DNA from: a virus
Direction: 5' to 3' (one strand)
IMG/VR virus record: IMGVR_UViG_3300035050_000132
Span: 30,591-94,590 of that record
DNA length: 64,000 nt
This document shows, one piece after another, positions 8,993 through 21,000 of this stretch; the stretch's first letter is position 1, and every line of letters starts with the position of its first letter. Both the position numbers and the translations under genes were made by a program. A model generated the notes under the pieces. It searched no databases. It was not told the DNA's origin and was given only the letters and a program-made list of their open reading frames with translations.

Positions 8993-11503
8993 TTAATTTC
9001 CACCTATATTTTCAGGAGTTATATAATCATATATCAAAGCATTGTATTCAGATTCGGTATGTAACGCCACAACATAATGTTCATCAAAATGAATGGAGTT
9101 TAGTGCGAATGATCCATCATCATTTGGAACAGTCTCATCTATAAGCTCCCCCGTAGACCTCAAATACATACGTAGTACAGCATTAGGATAATTTACTGTA
9201 CCTCTACACGCTGTGACACCCACACGTTCTACTAAAAGCCCTTGTATACCGTAATACATTGCCCTAATCCAAGGCACGGAGCGTTTAATTTTAGATATTT
9301 TGGCGTTATTTATCTTACCATCAAAATGTTCAGAAGTTGTAGTTATAGCCCTAGCATCATAACCAAACCATAAATTTACTGAATCAAGTGATTGTATAGA
9401 GGTAGTGTTGGTAACCGGGTCTTCTTCACCATTTACAATCAAACCAACTGTAGAATCAGCTCTAGTAATTGCAGTATAACTCCAAGTCCCCAATTCAAAG
9501 TTGGAACTTGCTGAGGCATCATCTGCCCAAACACCTACATTGTAGGTATAGCTACTACTATAGCTAACTGACATAGGACAATAATAGTCAAATGAAATAC
9601 CAGCTATGCGTGAAAACGAAGAAATTGAATCGAAATTATGATAAGTTTCTATTGTATACTCTGTTTCTAACTCCGAGTAATCTAAAGCTTCAGACATTAA
9701 CCTATCGTCATCACCATCAAAATCTATAGCTGGACCTAAAACACCACCAACCACACTATTAGATCCCATACTATCTGTTGCTATTAAGTGTCTGTTATTA
9801 GATGTAGAATCTAACATACTGTACGACGTACTACTAGGTATCTGTGCAAAATGGTAAACCCCCACATAATCAGAATCCCATACATTTTGGGCACCTGAAC
9901 TTCCAGTAAATCCTGTGTAATATGGTAAATAATCATCGGACGAAAAAATTGAAAAAATGGTACCAGAAATAGAGCTTACTTCTGGTAATTTAGTATATAA
10001 CAATAATTCTCTATTATCATAGTCATGGTAAAAAACTTCTGTAAAACAGTACTGATTATTATTATCTAAAACATTAAATCTTAAACCAGTAGTAGTTGTA
10101 AAAAGATTGGTATATTCAACTTCCGTGAAATTATCAGAATTAAGATGTACCATTATTGGAAAATCCACCAAATCCTCATCAACATAGTCGGGTTTTACTA
10201 TAAAACCGCTTAACGATGATGTGCCTGCAACTGTTTGCGAAACTTGTAATATGATATTAACGGACGTCGGCGTTACCTCACCCTCATCCACCGACAATAT
10301 TCCATAAGAAACTGATGGCAAATACCCTGAAAAACTAACAACAACACAATAAACATCTAATAATGTAGTATAAAAAACAAAATTACCGGATGAATCGCTA
10401 TAAGTAGTCCCTTCCAAAATTGAAGTTTCTTGGTGAAAAACTCTTATAGTGGCATTATTTATAGGAGACCCATATATATCTTTTATATTCCCAACAATAA
10501 TAAAAGGTAATGCTAAATCAACCAACTGCCCAGTTAGACTTGCTGTCTCGGCAACCACCCAAGAGTCTGTACGACATACTGAAGATACTCTAACTTCAGA
10601 AATAGCATGGCCCCCTAAATAACTACCATTGTAATCAGAACAAACACCCAAAACAGTATCAGTTGTCACTGCAGTACACGCAATACTCCCACAAAGAACA
10701 GCATCTACATAAGCAGTAAGAGATCCACCATTATAAGTACCAACAATATAATCAAAATCTGATCCCCGTGTAATATTTGTATTAAAATCATTATTCCAAA
10801 ACGAAACACCCCATGTAGTGTTAGTAGAATATTTTGAAATAAGAAATGCATTATTATTAACCTGACCTCCGTAGGATACCACACGTTCCCACTGGCCGCC
10901 AGAAGTATTATCATTATTTTTTCTTGCAAAAACACTCATAGTACGAGCAGCATTACCCGTAATACCTATATTACTTTTACTAAGAAGATGATCATCAACC
11001 CCATCAAAATCAATATAATATCCAACATTAGTATCATACAATAAATCTTCAGATAACATTGAGCCGTAAGAAGATGCATGATTCGCATTAGAAGTTGAAT
11101 CTAATATAGCATCAGGCCCACCAGAAGGATCTTGGGACATATGATACACAACTTCATAAGCGTTCCCCCAAACAACTTGTGCCGCTGTTGAACCGGTTGT
11201 ACCAATATAAGTAGTATTATCAGATACTAAATTATAATTGAAAATTAAAAAGGTATCGCTATCAGAAAACACTGTAGGACACTTCACCCAATACCTGGTT
11301 TCTGTAACCGTGGTGAATTCAAGTTCTGCGTACAATTCAGAAGTTGTTGTGCTATCTATAAATGATACTTTTAATGGATCGTCATTTAATAATAAAAGGT
11401 CTGGTGCTGTCAATGTTCCAGAATTTAAAGTAACCAAAACTGGAAAATCTGTTAAATTGTTATCTATATAAGAAGAATCTATTATAACTAGTAATTTAGA
11501 CAT
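8993..11503 (-). CDS. Tail/fibre-associated protein with two tandem DUF2341 + LamG (ConA-like) units
   Basis: Duplicated motifs LTDFPVLV.L / LVDFPIMVHL, VW...Y..VYH.(S/A)Q, LDSTSN, IDFDG.DD.L. Each unit is followed by a small beta-sandwich (T.SDSSGNF / T.PNDDGSF). Confidence 0.8.
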   Translation of the reverse strand: MSKLLVIIDSSYIDNNLTDFPVLVTLNSGTLTAPDLLLLNDDPLKVSFIDSTTTSELYAELEFTTVTETRYWVKCPTVFSDSDTFLIFNYNLVSDNTTYIGTTGSTAAQVVWGNAYEVVYHMSQDPSGGPDAILDSTSNANHASSYGSMLSEDLLYDTNVGYYIDFDGVDDHLLSKSNIGITGNAARTMSVFARKNNDNTSGGQWERVVSYGGQVNNNAFLISKYSTNTTWGVSFWNNDFNTNITRGSDFDYIVGTYNGGSLTAYVDAVLCGSIACTAVTTDTVLGVCSDYNGSYLGGHAISEVRVSSVCRTDSWVVAETASLTGQLVDLALPFIIVGNIKDIYGSPINNATIRVFHQETSILEGTTYSDSSGNFVFYTTLLDVYCVVVSFSGYLPSVSYGILSVDEGEVTPTSVNIILQVSQTVAGTSSLSGFIVKPDYVDEDLVDFPIMVHLNSDNFTEVEYTNLFTTTTGLRFNVLDNNNQYCFTEVFYHDYDNRELLLYTKLPEVSSISGTIFSIFSSDDYLPYYTGFTGSSGAQNVWDSDYVGVYHFAQIPSSTSYSMLDSTSNNRHLIATDSMGSNSVVGGVLGPAIDFDGDDDRLMSEALDYSELETEYTIETYHNFDSISSFSRIAGISFDYYCPMSVSYSSSYTYNVGVWADDASASSNFELGTWSYTAITRADSTVGLIVNGEEDPVTNTTSIQSLDSVNLWFGYDARAITTTSEHFDGKINNAKISKIKRSVPWIRAMYYGIQGLLVERVGVTACRGTVNYPNAVLRMYLRSTGELIDETVPNDDGSFALNSIHFDEHYVVALHTESEYNALIYDYITPENIGGN

Positions 11504-11535
11504 TTATTAAACTTTCTAAACCTCCATAAAAATTA

Positions 11536-11859
11536 TTAATTAATAACATTCAAATCAAAAACATCATCTTGCACTATTACTTCATTAGTTACGTTATTAC
11601 TAACAGGGGTTATATATTGATATAAATATCTCCCTTCTAAATCAATAACATACACCCCCCCACCTGAAGTAGAAAAATAAACCTTACCAGTTGATTGTGA
11701 ACTATCAATATCCGCCCAAACACAGTTAAATGAATTAGAATCCGCAGAAACAATATTATAAAATGTCCTATAATATTCAGGTGGGGGTGGCGGGGCTTGT
11801 ATATTTTTTAATAATACAACATCACCATAAACCAACAACTTGCCTGCATGAATTGTCAT
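11536..11859 (-). CDS. Hypothetical structural protein (107 aa)
   Basis: GGAGG RBS. PPPPP linker followed by a propeller-blade-like segment (VYFSTSGGGVYVIDL). Confidence 0.7.
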   Translation of the reverse strand: MTIHAGKLLVYGDVVLLKNIQAPPPPPEYYRTFYNIVSADSNSFNCVWADIDSSQSTGKVYFSTSGGGVYVIDLEGRYLYQYITPVSNNVTNEVIVQDDVFDLNVIN

Positions 11860-11860
11860 A

Positions 11861-12058
11861 TTATTCCTCCATACATAGTGACCAAAAAACTAATTCTTTA
11901 GGAAAAGAAGTTACTCCAACCTTTGGGGGTATAGTTGTTAACAAATAACTCTCTTTCGGCGGATCAAAAAATTGCACAAAAAAAGTATCTTCACAACTCT
12001 CATATGTATAAAGAGGTGGGACTGTAGGATTAAACTCTGTTCCAGTATAAATAGCCAT
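11861..12058 (-). CDS. Small Pro-rich hypothetical protein (65 aa)
   Basis: Fills the gap between flanking genes, with GAGG RBS upstream. Confidence 0.6.
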   Translation of the reverse strand: MAIYTGTEFNPTVPPLYTYESCEDTFFVQFFDPPKESYLLTTIPPKVGVTSFPKELVFWSLCMEE

Positions 12059-12061
12059 AAA

Positions 12062-13327
12062 TCATACCTCCTTTATACCACAATAAGATCTACCACTAAA
12101 TGTTGGATAGCGTGTGTAAACACCATCACAAACTGTAAAAGTTTCTGCTCCGCTAACTGTAGGATTGATTGCAGGATCAAAAGATATCTCATTACTTGTG
12201 TTTGAAGTTATATATCTACATTCCTCCTCAGTACCTCCAGAAGTTATTACTAAAGTCATACCTGCTAAAGAATCCACCGTCCAATTTTTATCCAAACCTG
12301 TTAAAGTTGTTGAAGTGGCACTGTCAACAATACCAGTATCTTGTACATTTACAGCAAATCTATCCCAGTCAGATCCATGTTTAAAATAACAAAGATATGA
12401 TGAATGGCCCCAAATACCATAAGTAATCTCATAAAGAATATGGGGCCATAAAGATATTGTACCATGATTAAAATAATCTGTATGATAAGAAAGGTTGGCC
12501 AACATACCATGGTCGATGTCCAACGGATATGATGATGTGAATGCTGATGTAGTACTATAATGACTAGTAGTACTCTGCCGCATGCCAGTCGGGCTATACG
12601 ATGTAGTATTATAAGGATTACCAAAACCAACCCACGGAAACGGGTAAGTACCTATATATGCTCCAGAAGCTGTAGGGTATGTATGTCCAGTAAGAACCAT
12701 CTGGTTATTTAGCAGATCTTTACTAAAAACAGTCGCTCTATCTATATGACCATCAGGAGAAACCATCCTATAAGTACCACCTATCTCAAACTGATCAACT
12801 TCATCCTCTAACACGGTTACAGTAGCATTAGCACTAGGGCCAGAATTTTGAATATGTGCTATAATATCCCAAAAAGGATTATCTATTCTAAAAACCATAG
12901 AACGATAAGTTACATTAGTCGAAACTTTATAATTACTCATAATAATAATATCTTTATTACCCCTAAAATGAAATACATTATCATTATTTTGGGCAATAGC
13001 AATACCAAGCACATATGGATGATTAGTTGTCGGCGTAGTATAACAAATGGCACCAGCCCAGGAATGATCGGAGGGGTCCCAATGAACATAATAATTCCAA
13101 TTAACGTATGTAGTGTAATCGGTATATATTTTTAAATAACAAGGCATTCTACCATTATTTTTAGAACCACCCTCTGATTTTAATACAACATAATCGCCAC
13201 TAGCATCAACAATATTAGAATCAATAACCTCCCAACCTAAATATGAAGCATAATTATAAAAATGGGATACTACATCTGATCCGTTTTGTATAACTAATTC
13301 TGGTACATCATTATACATTCTTTCCAT
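12062..13327 (-). CDS. Putative tail/virion protein (421 aa)
   Basis: AGGAGG RBS. C-terminal TxTxxxxNWTVDSLAGMTLVITSG...RYITSNT motif seen in phage tail proteins. Confidence 0.65.
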   Translation of the reverse strand: MERMYNDVPELVIQNGSDVVSHFYNYASYLGWEVIDSNIVDASGDYVVLKSEGGSKNNGRMPCYLKIYTDYTTYVNWNYYVHWDPSDHSWAGAICYTTPTTNHPYVLGIAIAQNNDNVFHFRGNKDIIIMSNYKVSTNVTYRSMVFRIDNPFWDIIAHIQNSGPSANATVTVLEDEVDQFEIGGTYRMVSPDGHIDRATVFSKDLLNNQMVLTGHTYPTASGAYIGTYPFPWVGFGNPYNTTSYSPTGMRQSTTSHYSTTSAFTSSYPLDIDHGMLANLSYHTDYFNHGTISLWPHILYEITYGIWGHSSYLCYFKHGSDWDRFAVNVQDTGIVDSATSTTLTGLDKNWTVDSLAGMTLVITSGGTEEECRYITSNTSNEISFDPAINPTVSGAETFTVCDGVYTRYPTFSGRSYCGIKEV

Positions 13328-13353
13328 AAAACCCTCCTATAAAACTAAATTAA

Positions 13354-14133
13354 TTATAAATATATATCAGTAGTGTTAGAAACTCCCTCATCGTAAATGT
13401 AAATACCACTTGTTGTAGCTATAAACAAAGTGTTATCAACACCATTTAAAGAAGTACCCTCAGTAATAAAGAGGTCATTTAAATCGACGCCATTTATTAG
13501 AAAAGAATCGCCTACTTCGTACTTTGCTGTAGGAACTTCCCAATCACATAAATAAGGAGCTGCTTTATTTAATACCCATGTATCCAAATTTTCTAAATAG
13601 TAAACCTCTTTTTTAGAAGTTAAAAAACTTTTAGTTATTCCAGAAGAAGTTGTATGGCTTTTAAACTCTTTACCTGTGGCCATACCTATAACATCCATAC
13701 CTTCAGTAGTTACTACGGCTAAATCATAATCATGAATAAATAAAGATACAATTTCAGAACAGCTTGGTAAATATGTAGTATTTAATGGATAGATGACAGA
13801 ACTTATATCGCCCAGCGAATCTTTAGTACCATAAATTGAACTTTTACTGAAATAAAATACACCAGAACTCTCTGTACCTAAATAAACATTGTCGGAATTA
13901 CCTACTACTGAATTAAATCCCGAAGAAGCTTCAGCATAGCAAATCAATTCCTCACTTTGAAGGTCTATAATACCTATACCTTCAGAATGTGCAGCATATA
14001 CGTAGTACTCATCTGTATATATTTGATATAAAGTAGTATAAGGAGAAACGCCTGAAGTTGTTGTAATGACCCAAATTAAATCACTAACATCAATCCAACT
14101 ACTTGAACCCCAAGCTGTACTTAAATCGGCCAT
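13354..14133 (-). CDS. Beta-propeller-like virion protein (259 aa)
   Basis: Start at ATG 14133 (TAATG overlap with the upstream stop, GGAGG RBS) rather than 14184. Repeated blade-like motifs (YVYAAHSEGIGII; VYLGTESSGVFYF; LFIATTSGIYIY). Confidence 0.65.
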   Translation of the reverse strand: MADLSTAWGSSSWIDVSDLIWVITTTSGVSPYTTLYQIYTDEYYVYAAHSEGIGIIDLQSEELICYAEASSGFNSVVGNSDNVYLGTESSGVFYFSKSSIYGTKDSLGDISSVIYPLNTTYLPSCSEIVSLFIHDYDLAVVTTEGMDVIGMATGKEFKSHTTSSGITKSFLTSKKEVYYLENLDTWVLNKAAPYLCDWEVPTAKYEVGDSFLINGVDLNDLFITEGTSLNGVDNTLFIATTSGIYIYDEGVSNTTDIYL

Positions 14134-14843
14134 TATACCTCCACAGTATACAAAGTGCCAGAATTGGTTACCTGTATCAACCATTCAGAATTGTTAGGCG
14201 CTTTCAAAATAATACCATCAATCGCTTCTATACCAGATATGGTAGTTCTTAAGTACTGACCACCTCCAGAATACGTTGTAGGAGTATCTTCTAAATCAAG
14301 AAAACTTTCAACATCGGAAGTTCCACCACCAGTTCCTGAAATTGTTGCCCAAATAGTACCTGAGCCAGTAGATTGTAAATAATAACCTTCAGTTCCTGAG
14401 TAAGTTGCTGGAGTATCATCTAAATCTAAAAAAGTAGTAGAAAGCTCTAGGATGTCCTTAAAAACAGTTCCAGACCCGGTAGAAACTAAATACCTACCAT
14501 ATGTTCCTGAATAAGTATTAGGTGTATCGGTCAAACCTACAAGTGTCATCGGTATGTCAAGCTCGCCACCTTCACCTTCATCAGAAGAATGACTGTGACT
14601 AGATATATTGCCTTCTTGGCCAGGTTTAACAACACTATATAACACGCTATTCAAATTAGAAGTCAACGTATTTTCATCTATAACTACAGTAGTATCTGTA
14701 GTAGCATATGAAGAAGAAACTACAGAAGCTATTACTACACCATCAACACCGCAATCTATCTTCACTCTACGATTTGTAATAAATTCAGAAGTTTCATCAC
14801 CTGAAACTTTAAATGAATTTGAGCTTACATATAAAGCATCCAT
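14133..14843 (-). CDS. Short tail-fibre-like protein (236 aa)
   Basis: HSHS motif, then three repeats (L.D.P.TYSG..G.YL.sTgSG) and a C-terminal LKAPNNSEWLIQVTNSGTL.T motif typical of trimeric fibres. Confidence 0.7.
   Translation of the reverse strand: MDALYVSSNSFKVSGDETSEFITNRRVKIDCGVDGVVIASVVSSSYATTDTTVVIDENTLTSNLNSVLYSVVKPGQEGNISSHSHSSDEGEGGELDIPMTLVGLTDTPNTYSGTYGRYLVSTGSGTVFKDILELSTTFLDLDDTPATYSGTEGYYLQSTGSGTIWATISGTGGGTSDVESFLDLEDTPTTYSGGGQYLRTTISGIEAIDGIILKAPNNSEWLIQVTNSGTLYTVEV
14215..14545 (-). repeat. Three in-frame ~30 aa fibre repeats
   Basis: LTDTPNTYSGTYGRYLVSTGSG / LDDTPATYSGTEGYYLQSTGSG / LEDTPTTYSGGGQYLRTTISG. Confidence 0.85.
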
Positions 14844-17800
14844 TAACTCACCCTCCTAGTCCACCAACAACGTAAATCCCCGGTGTATTCTTTTTCCTCA
14901 CAGACTTCTGGTAAATTAGTTTTAACATACACATTTTTGTAATTGCCTGGATAAATATCTGTTAATTTAATAGCCTTAGAAAAATAAATCTTATTTATTG
15001 TAGGCGATTCAAGTCCTGGGGCAGTGTTAAATAAAAATTTCATTTGATAATATTGTTTGCCCCCAAAAAAAGAGTTATCCATTTTAATTTCAGACCAATT
15101 ATCAACATCTTTTGCCCATATAGGATCTTCCGTAGCGTCAATAAAAAAGTCTTCATTACTACTCATTAAGTCATAGTAAGGTACACAAAAAACAGCACTA
15201 AGTGTATTAACTGATCCATACGAAGAATGATTCCAAGTATAAAGTAATTCACCATCACTACTAACATAATAAGTTACTTTAATACCAGGGGCATGTGCAA
15301 TAATACCATCACTAAAGGGTGTCACTGATTCAACACCTTGTAGTACAGATTCACTGTGTATAAAACCATCCTCACGGATACGTAATAGTGTGCTATTAGA
15401 AAGCACTGTCCAATAAAAAATTACTTCTGTACTAGACACATCTTCTTTAAAATCCACAATATCATATGAAGGTAAAATAGAACAAGAACTTATGACTGCA
15501 CCTGCAGATGAATAGCGATAAATGGTATTATTATTTTTATCAACAACAGCACAACCACCATCCCGCATTGCACATAAATGTTGTGGATTACCCATAGAAA
15601 TCGAAAAAAGTTTATTACTCTCTGTATCTATACACTCCAACCTTTTAGTAGACTTATTTGTATACCAACAATAACCAAACACTTTACTTCCAGAAATGGC
15701 ATAAATAAAATCAGCTGCTGTATCAGTTATAGTTAATGCTGTGTAATCTAAGGACGCGTCAAAAAAATAAAGAGTTGATCCATTATACAACCACGTATTA
15801 CCTACAGCATCCATTGTTAAATGTTTAATGCGTGCTGCTGTATTAGTAAGATTAAAATTAGCACTAAACGATATGGTATTAGTTATTTCAGATTTTCTTA
15901 AATCCCAACGACAAAACGCAGCAGAATCATTAGAATAACTGTCATATATATAAAACACCAACTCATAATTAAATGAGTCAAACAATATACACTCTATAAC
16001 TCTGGTATCTTTATTAGCATCGAAAGGGGCTGCAGAAGAATCACAATCAAAAATGGATATTTTACCTTTATCATAAATGTCCTTTTCAAAAAAAGCAAAA
16101 GTAGTTTCTGTAGGTTTATATGCAGTATACATTTTACAAAAAGGTAGTGGGGCAGTATCAAAACCCCTAACCAACATAGAATCGTAGTTATCAATACCCC
16201 CATATGATATTGAAGTGCCTGAAGGAACTGTCCGATCTACATAAAAAAAAGCAGCTGCTGGAGGGGTTCCCATTTCAAGAATCGGTGTAGTATAAGTTCC
16301 TTGAGTAATTGTATTAATGTCCCTCCCTAAAGAAAAGTAGGTCACTTTCTGTTCCGGCCCACCAGCCACCATAACACCCACAGAACCATCAGGCTTTGGA
16401 TAACACAATACTCTAGAAGCATATCTAGCAGCAGAAGAACTACCCATCAGGTTAATATCTTGGTCATAATTCAAAGTCAACAGAGTCTCTTCACCATCCC
16501 TAATATTTTTAACATATACATTATAACCATGACCAAACCCACACATAACTAAATAATTGGCATAATATGAAATAGCATGCCCATATTGATAAGTATGCGA
16601 CTGCCAAGGATATACCCAAAAATCACCAGCAACATAATAAGCTTGGGTACCAGCAGAATCACCGGTATTGGCATAATGACCACATTCCATATATATATAT
16701 GATCTAACTGAGTCGTATACCAGAACTGCCCTACTTGGATATTCTGTAGGGTATACCGTGTAATTATTATTACCAAAACCATTGTTTAATGGTAACCAAG
16801 TACCACTTACGGTGCTATATTTATAAAATTCACCAGCCACTGTGTGATCAACACTAATAGCTATAGAATAAAGACACTCTTCATGATCTGAACACAAACC
16901 CTGCGCGACCTTGTTTGATAGAGAACCATGCGGACAAGTATCTAATGATTCAAACGTAATCGGTGTGGTAAGATTATTTAAATTAATTCTTCCAAAATCA
17001 CCAGCAGCATTGAGTATTACATAAGCATAATTATCTACTATAGCCATAGAGCCAAAATCATCTATAACATAACCAGTAGTATTAATTAAACCACAATTAT
17101 ACCAATCCTCAGTGGTATTATTTAATCTAAATAAATACAAACTAAACTCATCTTTTGTTGCAGCTATTGTATACACAACATTATCATTTGTAAAATCCCA
17201 CGAATTTTGACCAACGCCCCAACCAGCATAGTCGTTTTGATCAAGAACTATATCTGCTAAATATGTATATTCAGAATTTATATCATTAGTACCAACCAAA
17301 CTCACACTTGAACCATTTATAGCTGAAATAGTATTAGAATATGAACCCATCTTAAAATTATAAGTAAACGTCTGACCAGCAGCAACACCGATACTAGCAT
17401 CGCTAATACTAACATAATCACCATCAGCAGAATTAGCTAATTTAACATACTCACATAAATCACCAGAGGAGGGGTCAACAGCTATATAAGCTGTAGCTGG
17501 ATCTGGGTCAGTAGAATTATTGTATACTGGTACTATAGAATAAGAATCTTCTAAATAAAGCTGCTTCTCAGTCATACTACCATCTTCACCAAAAGCTATA
17601 TTATAATCATAGTTTAAAATTTCAATCTCGTAAAGGGAGGCGTCGCTACCAGATATAGTAACTCTTAAATTTTTAGGAGCAAACACAACTAAATTAGGAA
17701 TTATATAAAATTTATCATCGTCCACTGACTTACCTAATAGTTGAAATTCACCTGAGTCATCGTTCTTGTAATAAAAATTTATATTAGATAAAACAGCGCT

Positions 17801-18028
17801 CCTATCACCCACAACATCCATATATAAATAAACATCATCTAAACGAATTCGCTTATGTAAAGCAATATCCAGATACAAAGTATCAGATGATAAAATATCT
17901 ATACTTGAAGAAGAAAGATCCTTATCATACAATTTAAGTATATCTGTTTGTGTTAAAGACAAATCACCAGTACCTGATGAAGTAGGTGCCTCCACATAAC
18001 AATCTTTTAATAAATTATAGTGCGCCAT
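14843..18028 (-). CDS. Large virion protein (1061 aa) with discoidin-like N-terminus and two beta-propeller regions
   Basis: FAPKNLRVTI...LYEIEIL (discoidin-like), kelch-like blades (FYKYSTVSGTW), a second propeller (LTMDAVGNTWLYNG, CAVVDKNNNTIYRYS). C-terminus resembles that of the 3508 aa protein. Confidence 0.65.
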   Translation of the reverse strand: MAHYNLLKDCYVEAPTSSGTGDLSLTQTDILKLYDKDLSSSSIDILSSDTLYLDIALHKRIRLDDVYLYMDVVGDRSAVLSNINFYYKNDDSGEFQLLGKSVDDDKFYIIPNLVVFAPKNLRVTISGSDASLYEIEILNYDYNIAFGEDGSMTEKQLYLEDSYSIVPVYNNSTDPDPATAYIAVDPSSGDLCEYVKLANSADGDYVSISDASIGVAAGQTFTYNFKMGSYSNTISAINGSSVSLVGTNDINSEYTYLADIVLDQNDYAGWGVGQNSWDFTNDNVVYTIAATKDEFSLYLFRLNNTTEDWYNCGLINTTGYVIDDFGSMAIVDNYAYVILNAAGDFGRINLNNLTTPITFESLDTCPHGSLSNKVAQGLCSDHEECLYSIAISVDHTVAGEFYKYSTVSGTWLPLNNGFGNNNYTVYPTEYPSRAVLVYDSVRSYIYMECGHYANTGDSAGTQAYYVAGDFWVYPWQSHTYQYGHAISYYANYLVMCGFGHGYNVYVKNIRDGEETLLTLNYDQDINLMGSSSAARYASRVLCYPKPDGSVGVMVAGGPEQKVTYFSLGRDINTITQGTYTTPILEMGTPPAAAFFYVDRTVPSGTSISYGGIDNYDSMLVRGFDTAPLPFCKMYTAYKPTETTFAFFEKDIYDKGKISIFDCDSSAAPFDANKDTRVIECILFDSFNYELVFYIYDSYSNDSAAFCRWDLRKSEITNTISFSANFNLTNTAARIKHLTMDAVGNTWLYNGSTLYFFDASLDYTALTITDTAADFIYAISGSKVFGYCWYTNKSTKRLECIDTESNKLFSISMGNPQHLCAMRDGGCAVVDKNNNTIYRYSSAGAVISSCSILPSYDIVDFKEDVSSTEVIFYWTVLSNSTLLRIREDGFIHSESVLQGVESVTPFSDGIIAHAPGIKVTYYVSSDGELLYTWNHSSYGSVNTLSAVFCVPYYDLMSSNEDFFIDATEDPIWAKDVDNWSEIKMDNSFFGGKQYYQMKFLFNTAPGLESPTINKIYFSKAIKLTDIYPGNYKNVYVKTNLPEVCEEKEYTGDLRCWWTRRVS

Positions 18029-18042
18029 ATATATTTATTCTC

Positions 18043-21000
18043 CTATACAATTACTTCCCAATCTATTTCTAATGTGCCAGAATCAGTAGAACATTTTTTA
18101 TTAGTTTTATCTATACGTGTGTATATTTTAACTTTTTCGCCAGGACCAACTTCTTCATATTTCAAAGGAAGTTCATCGGAGTTGTAGTTGTAAAAATCAA
18201 CTCCATCTTTTGAAATCCTTATAGGTTCATTACCCTGAGCAGTTTCTAAATCTTCTGGAATATGCGTATTCAAAGCAAACGAATCCTTACAATAGTCATA
18301 AACCTTAACATGACTAAATATCGCAGAACCTTCCTCATCGTTATTATTGGCCAAAATAGTACTCCCACCACCAAGACGTAAAAGTGATGATTTGGTATCT
18401 GAAACTTCCCAAGTATTTTGAGAAGATATAACAAGAGTGTTGTTAATATATAAACGTAATGTGTCTGAATTATCCATATTAGTACCAGAATTACTCCAAA
18501 CTACTGCTATATGAAAAGGCTCATCTATATCAAAAGACACAGCACTTAAATCATACTCTGCTGGATCTAATGATAAAGTATTAAAATTATAACGAGCGCC
18601 GCCAAAACCTATCTCAAACCAGCCAGAGGATTTCATTGTTAAACAAATTATCTCATTATAATTATTAGTTAAAGTAAATAAAACTCTTGAGTATGTATTA
18701 CAAAAAATATCTCTACCATTGGTAAGGGTATAAGGTTTAACCCAAAACTCAACAGTTCCTGTATACAAAGTTACTCCAGCCAATGGAATTTCAGCGTATT
18801 CTTTCCATGTAAGACATAAACCTTTATCATCTTTTACAACATCATTATAGTAATTTCTCTCAATTTTTAAGCCATCAAACAGCATATAAAAAGGTTCACC
18901 CACACCCTTATATACCATACCAAAAGATGTAAAATAATTTTCTCTAAAATTAAGTTCTTCTTCTAAAAATCCAGTAGAGCTTCCTTGAAGAGGTGCAGTA
19001 CAAGTATTTCTATCAAATTGTAGTTTTATTTCATTCCAACCGTTTTTGAGATTCATATCCTTAAAATCCCATAAATAATAAGCTTGTTTAGCCTCAAGTT
19101 TTTTATCTTCTCCATATATATCTACAAAAGTTACCTTATCACCACCATTAAAACTTCCAAAACCGAAACCACCCTCATCTACATATAGGTTATCTAAATC
19201 AGAAATAAACCACCAAAAACTTAAGGTGTCTTTTACAGACCAATTCTCGTCCCAACCAAAATGATCACCTTCTAAAAAATCAACACGATCCACACCAGAA
19301 GACGTTGGGTAATCAACTCTCAAAGCATACCTACCCTCTTTAACATTTGCATGTTCTCTTGAAATAGTACTAACTACAGAACTCCAAAACCATGGAAACT
19401 CGGTCGGCAAATAAGTATTTTCAGCATATACCCTAATCCTATTAATATAATCTACACCATAATCATCACTATTATCAGTCCAGGCATGATTAGTGGCGGT
19501 GTCACGTTTTACAGATATCCACTTAGTATTAGAAGTATTTTTTACTATAGATATAGTTCTAGCCCCCCAATAACCAGAATATTCACACAATCTTTCTAAA
19601 TACATAGTATAGTACCCAGCAGTATCTATGCTAAAATAGTTCACTTGAATTCTCCAACTATCATCAATATTACTATTGATACACTTAACTGTGTCCGCAC
19701 CTTTTAAAACTATTCTTATTGAATCTGCATACAATGCGTTATAAGACTCCCAACTAAGTTTATAACTACCTTCATGTAAATAAATATCACCTTCAACATA
19801 AACAGTATCTTCCCCAGCATCATAACCCATATATGAATCTGAAGTGGAGTACATAGTTACATTACCACTAGAAGATTGAAATGATACTTTATTAGGATCA
19901 TCAAACACATTATCAGAATAACTAAAAAATTCTTCAGAATTATCCCATGTTATGTCCTCTACCGATTCTTTTAATGTTACCAATTCATGGGCATCAGTTG
20001 TTTGAGCCTCTTTAAGATTCATACACACTACAGGATGCTCCTCACTATTCAAAGTTACACCACCACCAGAGGTCCAAATCTCAAATTCACGTAAAAACCC
20101 ACCATTTATTAAAATAGGAGTACCTGTAGTAGCATCATAGTAATAATATTCATCATCCATTTCGTAAGAGATAATTTCTAATTTGATGTATCGTAAGTAT
20201 ATAGGATTATCTAAAGTGTGCTCCCTATAAAATTGAGTATTATTAGTTATATAGAAAAGTTGAGTATACATATCAGCTTCATCAGCCTTACCTGAAATTC
20301 TATAACTTGTATTAATAAAAGATTCTGTATCATCATCGTCCGGGGCATGTGTTAATTTAAAAGTTTTTATATTATATACATAATCTAATTTTAACTCTAA
20401 TGTGGGATACTTGTTACCAGAAGAACCCCCAAACCCCCACGAGTTACTATAACCTGTTAATGTAGAATCCCCTTGAATACATTTACTAGGGTAATACGTA
20501 TTAAAATAAGTATTTACTGGGGAAGTAAAAGTAACTAAATCAATTAAATAACGATCTTCCGCATTAACTGGAGCATGTTGTGGCAATTCATCATAAAATA
20601 CAAGTAAGGTATTGTTATCAAACTCCTCAAATACCGTAGAGGTTATAGCTTCAGAAGAAAGCCAAACAGCAACCAACTTTGCACCATATGTAGTAAGACT
20701 ACCGCTATTATGAGCATTCTGAATAGCTATTTTTGATAATTTTACAGATTCATTTAATATACAAGAGATACGGACGCTTCCTGTAGTATATCTGTAGGTA
20801 TTCCAACAAGTATTCCATATATGACCTATATTAGAATTATTAGTATTAAATACATACTCTGGATAAATACCTGTTGAAGCTAATGGAGTATAATTATCAG
20901 CTACATAATCCTCACCATAATAAAGATTTATTAGATCCCCATTCTCATCGTACAACTCAACAGCAGCTAATGTTGTATACTGTGAGCCATGATTTGTATA

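Noticed and set aside
11536-12058. Frameshifted single gene joining the 65 aa and 107 aa ORFs
   Set aside because: The downstream ORF has its own GGAGGA RBS (11864-11870) and ATG, consistent with translational coupling.
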